Of a DNA stretch of 64,000 nucleotides, positions 59,601-64,000 are shown in pieces. The notes below the pieces were generated by a model. The model saw nothing but the letters and a program-made list of their open reading frames with translations, was not told the origin of the DNA and searched no databases. Where the stretch lies: the NCBI GenBank assembly GCA_051294375.1, contig CM119268.1:12903770-12967769 (forward strand), written 5' to 3'. The position numbers and the translations under genes are program-made. Origin of the DNA: Paraspadella gotoi. Lineage: Eukaryota > Animalia > Chaetognatha. The number at the start of each line of letters is the position of its first letter. Position 1 is the stretch's first letter.

Positions 59601-62600
59601 CAGAGTACGACTCTGCAGGCCAGGCAACCGATATTTGTTAAGTTGCTGCAAGTAGGTGGTCGTTTTTTTCACTTTTTCACCTTTCCCCTTTAAATAATTG
59701 GTTATAAAATGTTTTCTTTTTTTTTTTTCCTTTTATCTTCATTTCCCTTTCCCCAGGGCGCCTTCCGAGTCTCGCACTGCGAATGGCTCTCCGGCGCTCA
59801 AAAGTTTCACGTAGAGACTTGCATCAAGACTTTGTCCGACATCGCCAAAAGCCGCGGGATTGCCATTCCTGTTGACCTCGATTCTCAAGTTTCCACTCTC
59901 TTCTCCAAATCCCAGCTGCTTCTCAAGCACTCGAAACAGTGGCTTACTCTGGGTAAGGACTACTAAGGAGAGAGGACCATTTATTGAAGTTCAAGGTTTG
60001 ATAGCGCGCCTTCGAAGTGTTATTTCGGCCTTTCCGAAAATATGATTTCCCTTTTTTGAGTTTAATAAATTTTTTTATCGGGTTTTTTCAACTGATTCGC
60101 GTTCTTTGCAGCGGGTCGGAGCCCCTCCTTGGATTTAAGTTTCGATGGTAGTTGATTTTGTTTTTTATTTTTTTCACCGTTAACCTCCAACTACCACTGT
60201 TGGTTCTTGACTAATTTTATGATTACAAAAAAATTACCTTTGGTTACAGCATCAATGAAAAAAATGTCGTTTCACCTCTACCCCCGCGACTAATTTTATT
60301 ATTCATGGTTCTAGCTTCATATCCTTTGGCAAAATGCTATTTTATTATATAGCATAAGGAAAGGAAAGAGTATTGCGATTATCTTCGTTCGGTTCAATTA
60401 CGTAACAATTTTGTTACTGATGACTTCTGTTTCGTTGTAGTCAATCGTGCTGGGCCAGTCAAGGACAGTGGTCCCTTCTCTAACCTGATAATAATAATTA
60501 CTGGTAACGTTTTCGTGTTTAGGAAGGAAGCCCGAACCTTTCCTAATGGGTTTCGGTAGTAGCGAATAGAAATGAAACTAGATGGTGTTTGTTGACTGTT
60601 TTCGACTGTTGCGCCATTTTTCGTTTTGGTGTTTTTTTATTCTTTTCTGTTCTATTCTTCATTTTGCTTCCCTTTTATGAAAAAAAAGGTTGATACTAAT
60701 TTTAATGTCCTCTTTTTCCTAGCGCTCGTCATTAACATGATTTCCCTCTTTAGCTTACTTTTACAATTCCACCTTTTTGGAATTTCACTCTCTCTTACCT
60801 GCTTAGGTAAGAACCGACGGGAGTCTGTGTTGGCGTCGACTCGGGATTCACACCGGATCATCATCGAGGGTCTTCAGGACATTGTGGTGCTCCTAGAAGA
60901 TCAGCTCAAGCCGCTTGTCCAAGCGGAGCAGTCCGTGCTCGTGGACGTTCTCTACAAACCCGAACTGCTCTTTCCGCCCGAAACCGAGGCGAGATGGAAG
61001 TGCGAAAATGGAGGTAATATCCGGAACCTCGGTCAATGTCGTAATTTATTTTAAAAAAAATAATCGTTCAGGTTTTATCTCCAAGTTGATCAAGCACACG
61101 GAGCTTTTACTTGAAGACAACAAAGACCGGCTGTGCATGAAAGTGTTGCAGACATTAAAGGAAATGATGTCTTTCGACGTGGATTACGGACAAAAAGGAG
61201 AGGCTCTGCGGCAAAACATGCTGCAGCGGTATTTCTCCCTCAATGCTTCTCATCCCTCGACTCTTGGCGAATCCGATTCGGCGGCAGAGAATCAGACGGG
61301 TGCGGACCCTATCTCGCCAACCCTATCTCGTCAGTCGGTCGTCGGGCACGGACCGGGGGCCCTATACCTTAAGAGAGCTAAAGCCACTTTGGCTGAGGTA
61401 CCGAAAAGTTTATAGCTTTTGTCTTCCTTTTTTCACTTTTGTCCTATTTAAGGTTCAAAATCATTTGGACTGTCACGGTGCCTCGGAACTGATCATCAAT
61501 CTAGTTATAAAGTCACCATCGTCAAAGATATTCAAGGAAACAGTCGAGCTGGGAATCGCACTTCTTCACGGCGGCAACACCGAGATTCAGCGGAGCATTT
61601 ACAACAGGCTCACAAGCTGCGTTGCGGGTGGGTTTGAAGCGCATTAATATTTTTTTTTGTGTGTGTTTTTAAAGAAAATTTAAAAAAAAAGTTTTTTAAA
61701 ATTCGTCGACAGGACTGGATCCCACCGAATCAGAAAAGTTTTTCTCGGCTTTTTTCAACAACATGATATCGGCGCAGACGGAGATCAAAGCAACCATTTC
61801 GGTTAACACTGGCGACACCTTTTCCACCACGCCCACCAAATCTCACAGCCACGACGGTCACGACGGCGATTTAGACCATAAGGTCGGTTTGATGCTCTTT
61901 TGATGTTTAAGTCTTTGATTTTGCCAGTCTTGAGGTGTCGCAGGGCGGGGGAAAGAGGTCCGATCATCCTCACTTGTCGCCGTCAAATCGCTCAGAGCTC
62001 GACGCTGCCGCGATGGCCACTCATGATGCCTACTCCTCTTTTCGGTATTTGAGAAACTGACCTTCTTTATCTCTCATTCCTGTTTTGCGACTTTTTTGGG
62101 TTTTTTTTTTCCCCCAAGACTTCGAGGACTTGACCCAGAAGCCTCTGCTCGAGATGGCGATGGCAAGGAGGGCTTGTCCGTTTTCGGCTCTGAGATTCGT
62201 GGGCGTGCGGCATCAGGCGCCGCCACTCTCGACGATATGTTGGCCGAAAAGCGGCGTGTGGAAAAGGACGCAGATAAGAAGCTGCACCCTCAAGTTGCCG
62301 TCATGAAACCGATCTTGAGATTCTTACAACTGCTTTGCGAAAATCACAACAGGTTTCTTTTCGGATGCGGATTTTTAGACCGGGATTTCTTCAAATTTTG
62401 AATCTTAATTTCGCTTTCCTCTCCATTCCGAAGAGATCTGCAAAATCACCTTCGTAACCAAAAGAATCGTAACAATTACAACCTGGTCTGCGGTACGCTG
62501 CAGTTCCTTGATACAATTTGTGGCAGCACCACCGGAGGTCTTGGACTTTTAGGACTCTACATTAACGAATCCAACGTCGGTCTTATCAATCAGGTTTGTC

Positions 62601-64000
62601 GTGTGCCGCAGAAGATAGTTGCTGGAAAATGTGATTAAATTTTCTTTTTATTTTACCACTAAGACGCTGGAGAGCTTGACGGAATATTGCCAAGGTCCTT
62701 GTCATGAGAATCAAAACGCAATCGCGACTCACGAATCCAACGGAATCGACATCATTATTGCTCTCATTCTTAATGACATCAATCCACTGGGTTATTTTCT
62801 TAAAATATTGAAAATTCGGCGTCGATAATTGTTTAATTTAACTTATCTTTCGCCACAGGAAAGCGTCGCATGGAGTTGGTGCTGGAGCTGAAAAACAACG
62901 CCTCAAAACTCCTCCTCGCCATCATGGAGAGTCGTCATGATAGTGAGAACGCCGAGCGAATCATGATCAACATGAGTCCGAAGCAGCTCGTCGAAGTCGC
63001 CATTAAGGCGTATCACGAAGACCCTTCTCCCGGCGAGGACGAAGACGAGGAGAGCGAAATCGACGAAGAGGAGATAAACAACGAAAACGATCCCGACGAC
63101 GTCTCGCCCAAAGAAGTCGGTCACAACATCTACATTTTAGCTCATCAGTTGTCGCAGCACAACAAGGGTGAGTGACTGCGAATTTAACGAATTTCATTGG
63201 AGCTCTTGTCCTCAAGCTTGCCTTCCCGTTTTCCTCTCTTCAGAACTGGCCTCGGTTCTGGTACCGGAATGCGCCGTCGATTCCGCCAGTCGCGAGGCTC
63301 TGGGATATTACAAGAAGCACACGACGCAGATCGAAATCGTTCGCGCCGATAGAACCATGGAACAGGTGAAATTATATTAAATCCGAATCTATTTTTTTAC
63401 TTTTTTTGTGTTTTCCTCGACTTTAAAAACTTGACTCTGTCCTAAGATTACGTTTCCGGTTCCGCCGATTTGCGAATATTTGACTCAAGAAACAAAGACT
63501 CGTGTCCTTCTCACCGCCGATCGCGACGATCAAGTAAGTTAAGCGAAATAATATGCTGTAAATCTAGTGCTTATTGGTTATATTTTTTGACAATCAGGGC
63601 AGCAAAGTATCCGACTTTTTCGAAAAAACTGAGGAGATGTTTCAGGAGATGAGGTGGCAGAAGCAACTACGAGCGCAGCGACTTCTTTATTGGTTTTCCA
63701 GATACTCAATGCTTTGGTCGCTCATCTCATTTTACTTAGGTGAGCTTATGAAATAAATGAAAAAGAAAATTACGGTAGATTTAAGCGGTGTAAACACCTG
63801 GGAATTTTTTTTTTCTTCAGCGGTTCTGATAAATTTGATGGTGGCCACCTGCTACCCTTTCGACGCCCACTCGCAATTGCTGTCGACGCTGCGCACCTAT
63901 CGGGTCGCCACCTACCTCCTCTTCATTCTGGCCGCTTTCAGTGCGGTCAGCGTCGCCCTATTTCCTAAAAAAGGAATGGGCCTCCTCTTCATCGTCTCCG
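44652..64000 (+). CDS. ITPR1: Inositol 1,4,5-trisphosphate receptor, multi-exon, truncated by the window end in the first TM helices
   Basis: [91 protein letters not shown] and [13 protein letters not shown]. Confidence 0.97.
47681..48309. mobile_element. hAT-type MITE, copy 2, in an ITPR intron
   Basis: TIR tagagtggag/ctccacccta with a perfect 8-bp TSD ctgtgggg (47673-47680 and 48310-48317). Confidence 0.85.
51006..55797 (-). CDS. FGD6: FGD5/6-like Cdc42 GEF (DH-PH-FYVE-PH), nested antisense in ITPR intron 50902-56037
   Basis: DH: [40 protein letters not shown]: [23 protein letters not shown]: [38 protein letters not shown]2: WKRRW..FFYKASED. The paralogue assignment is tentative. Confidence 0.85.
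53616..54583 (-). mobile_element. HINE family A copy inside FGD intron 53573-54598, interrupted by a family B copy
   Basis: The reverse complement of the family A 5' end is at 54531-54583, the core at 53765-53867 and the terminal hairpin at 53623-53652. Confidence 0.65.
53871..54220 (+). mobile_element. HINE family B copy nested in family A
   Basis: aacaagatcgg… start, (tgaca)n and gacagacagac repeats, terminal hairpin agttgctccgcgagtactagagtactcgcggcgcaact; homologous to 14104-14409. Confidence 0.7.

Noticed and set aside
60250-60293. Additional ITPR micro-exon after ttacag
   Set aside because: No donor gives a multiple of 3 and the frame hits TAA.

Overview
Gene-dense DNA from an animal (invertebrate-like) genome with many short introns (mostly ~50-80 nt) and weak splice signals. 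There are no prokaryotic features and no CRISPR. Twelve consecutive recognisable genes lie on the + strand, usually 125-475 bp from stop to next ATG: an unknown gene (3' end only), ALDH16, METTL17, RMI2, WDR3, a TTF1/DMTF1-like Myb gene, POLE, beta-arrestin, WBP11, PSMA4, CDC16, and an IP3 receptor (ITPR) that runs off the window. This layout is operon-like. An FGD5/6-like DH-PH-FYVE-PH gene is nested antisense in a 5.1-kb ITPR intron. Larger introns hold non-autonomous elements: two Helentron/HINE-like families, an hAT MITE, a tRNA-Leu-containing foldback and a Penelope-like palindrome. The most interesting candidates are (i) an in-frame alternative terminal exon of beta-arrestin that replaces the autoinhibitory clathrin/AP2 tail with a tail ending in CaaX-like CLCL*, (ii) two clusters of frame-preserving ITPR micro-exons, (iii) probable polycistronic organisation, and (iv) relaxed splice sites (many AAG/GAG acceptors, five GC donors). 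Gene models were spliced by eye and homology calls come from remembered family motifs; no database search was run.
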